From the NCBI GenBank assembly GCA_043810775.1, contig JBDRNU010000026.1, positions 4,639 through 68,638 of the forward strand: a DNA stretch of 64,000 nt. The letters are read 5' to 3'. The notes under the pieces are model-generated. The model did not search any database and had not been told where the DNA came from. It saw nothing but the letters and a program-made list of their open reading frames with translations. Positions 63,384 through 64,000 of this stretch are shown here, piece after piece (positions within the stretch are counted from its first letter, which is position 1; the number at the start of each line of letters is the position of its first letter). Both the position numbers and the translations under genes were made by a program. Source of the stretch: an archaeon. Its GTDB lineage: Archaea > Nanobdellota > Nanobdellia > Pacearchaeales > GW2011-AR1.

Positions 63384-63959
63384 TCATATATTTAACTCTT
63401 TAAAAACTTTCTTAACAGTCTCTAAAGGCCAGTTCCTATCTAACAGTTTAGCCATTACCTGCTCTTTAGTGTAACCTTTACTCAAAAGATTCTTAATATT
63501 TGGCCCCAAAGACTTGGAATATTCTTTAATTGTATCAATTTGTTTAAAAGCAACATTAATAATATTTTCAGGCCACTTCTTACTAACTAAATGCTCTTTT
63601 ATTTTTTCCTGGGAATATCCTTGCTTTAATCTATTTTCAATTTCAGGCCTGATAAATTCCACATAATCTACTGGTTTTTTAACAGGTTCTGTAGGAGGTA
63701 ATACCTTCTTCGGAGGAATAAACCCTAGCTTTCTAACTGGAGGAAGAGTAACTGGCCTTCCAGGCAAAGCAGGAGATGGTTTAATCGGAGGAGTAGTTTT
63801 CATAATAGGATTAAATGGCCTTCCTATTTGCTGAAATTGCTGTCTTGGTGGAGCAAATTTAAATTTTCTATCAGTATACACCCTCTTACTAATTCCAGGA
63901 CTAAACTTACTAATAGTCATTGAAGAAGGTTTTTTCTTAAATTTAATAATATAAACCAA
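63384..63959 (-). CDS. Hypothetical protein with Pro-rich centre and two similar C-terminal helical repeats
   Basis: Repeats KEHLVSKKWPENIINVAFKQI and KEQVMAKLLDRNWPLETVKKVFKEL. The start is uncertain: TTG at 63959 or ATG at 63920. An in-frame TAG at 63963-63965 bounds the ORF. Confidence 0.4.
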   Translation of the reverse strand: MVYIIKFKKKPSSMTISKFSPGISKRVYTDRKFKFAPPRQQFQQIGRPFNPIMKTTPPIKPSPALPGRPVTLPPVRKLGFIPPKKVLPPTEPVKKPVDYVEFIRPEIENRLKQGYSQEKIKEHLVSKKWPENIINVAFKQIDTIKEYSKSLGPNIKNLLSKGYTKEQVMAKLLDRNWPLETVKKVFKELNI

Positions 63960-64000
63960 AACTATTGCTATAATTATAAATATAATTAGAATAATAAGCA

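Overview
AT-rich, tightly packed archaeal chromosomal segment. Gene content and style (short proteins, many overlapping starts and stops, a mix of leaderless and Shine-Dalgarno starts, a split aminoacyl-tRNA synthetase) suggest a DPANN-like small-genome archaeon; this is inference only, as no search was run. Most of the window is information-processing housekeeping. It includes radB (partial), rpoL, aRF1, a ValRS-like synthetase, MetRS in two frames, pyrG, eL15, ATP-dependent DNA ligase, TBP, MCM, aIF2-beta, aIF1A, a KH/Dim2-like protein, NAC, Sec61-beta, FtsZ, MinD, ScpB, EndoIII, EndoV and Taw3 plus a Trm5/Taw2-family gene. There are four tRNAs: Val-CAC, Gly-CCC, Ile-GAU with a 13-nt intron, and Asn-GUU. 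Accessory content includes four large Cys-rich secreted proteins with C-terminal anchors, a 904-aa membrane-tethered HTH protein, two paralogous tandem Lrp/AsnC proteins each divergent from an enzyme gene, and a bacterial-type DisA next to a membrane-anchored Lon-like protease domain. The most unusual signal is non-coding. Three copies of a hairpin-rich 86-147-nt element lie at 2515-2600, 5337-5430 and 41759-41905, with nearly identical termini and compensatory stem changes. Two copies sit between long perfect duplications (30 nt and 16 nt) of the downstream gene's promoter or start codon; the third abuts tRNA-Ile. No CRISPR array, rRNA, integrase or transposase gene was seen.
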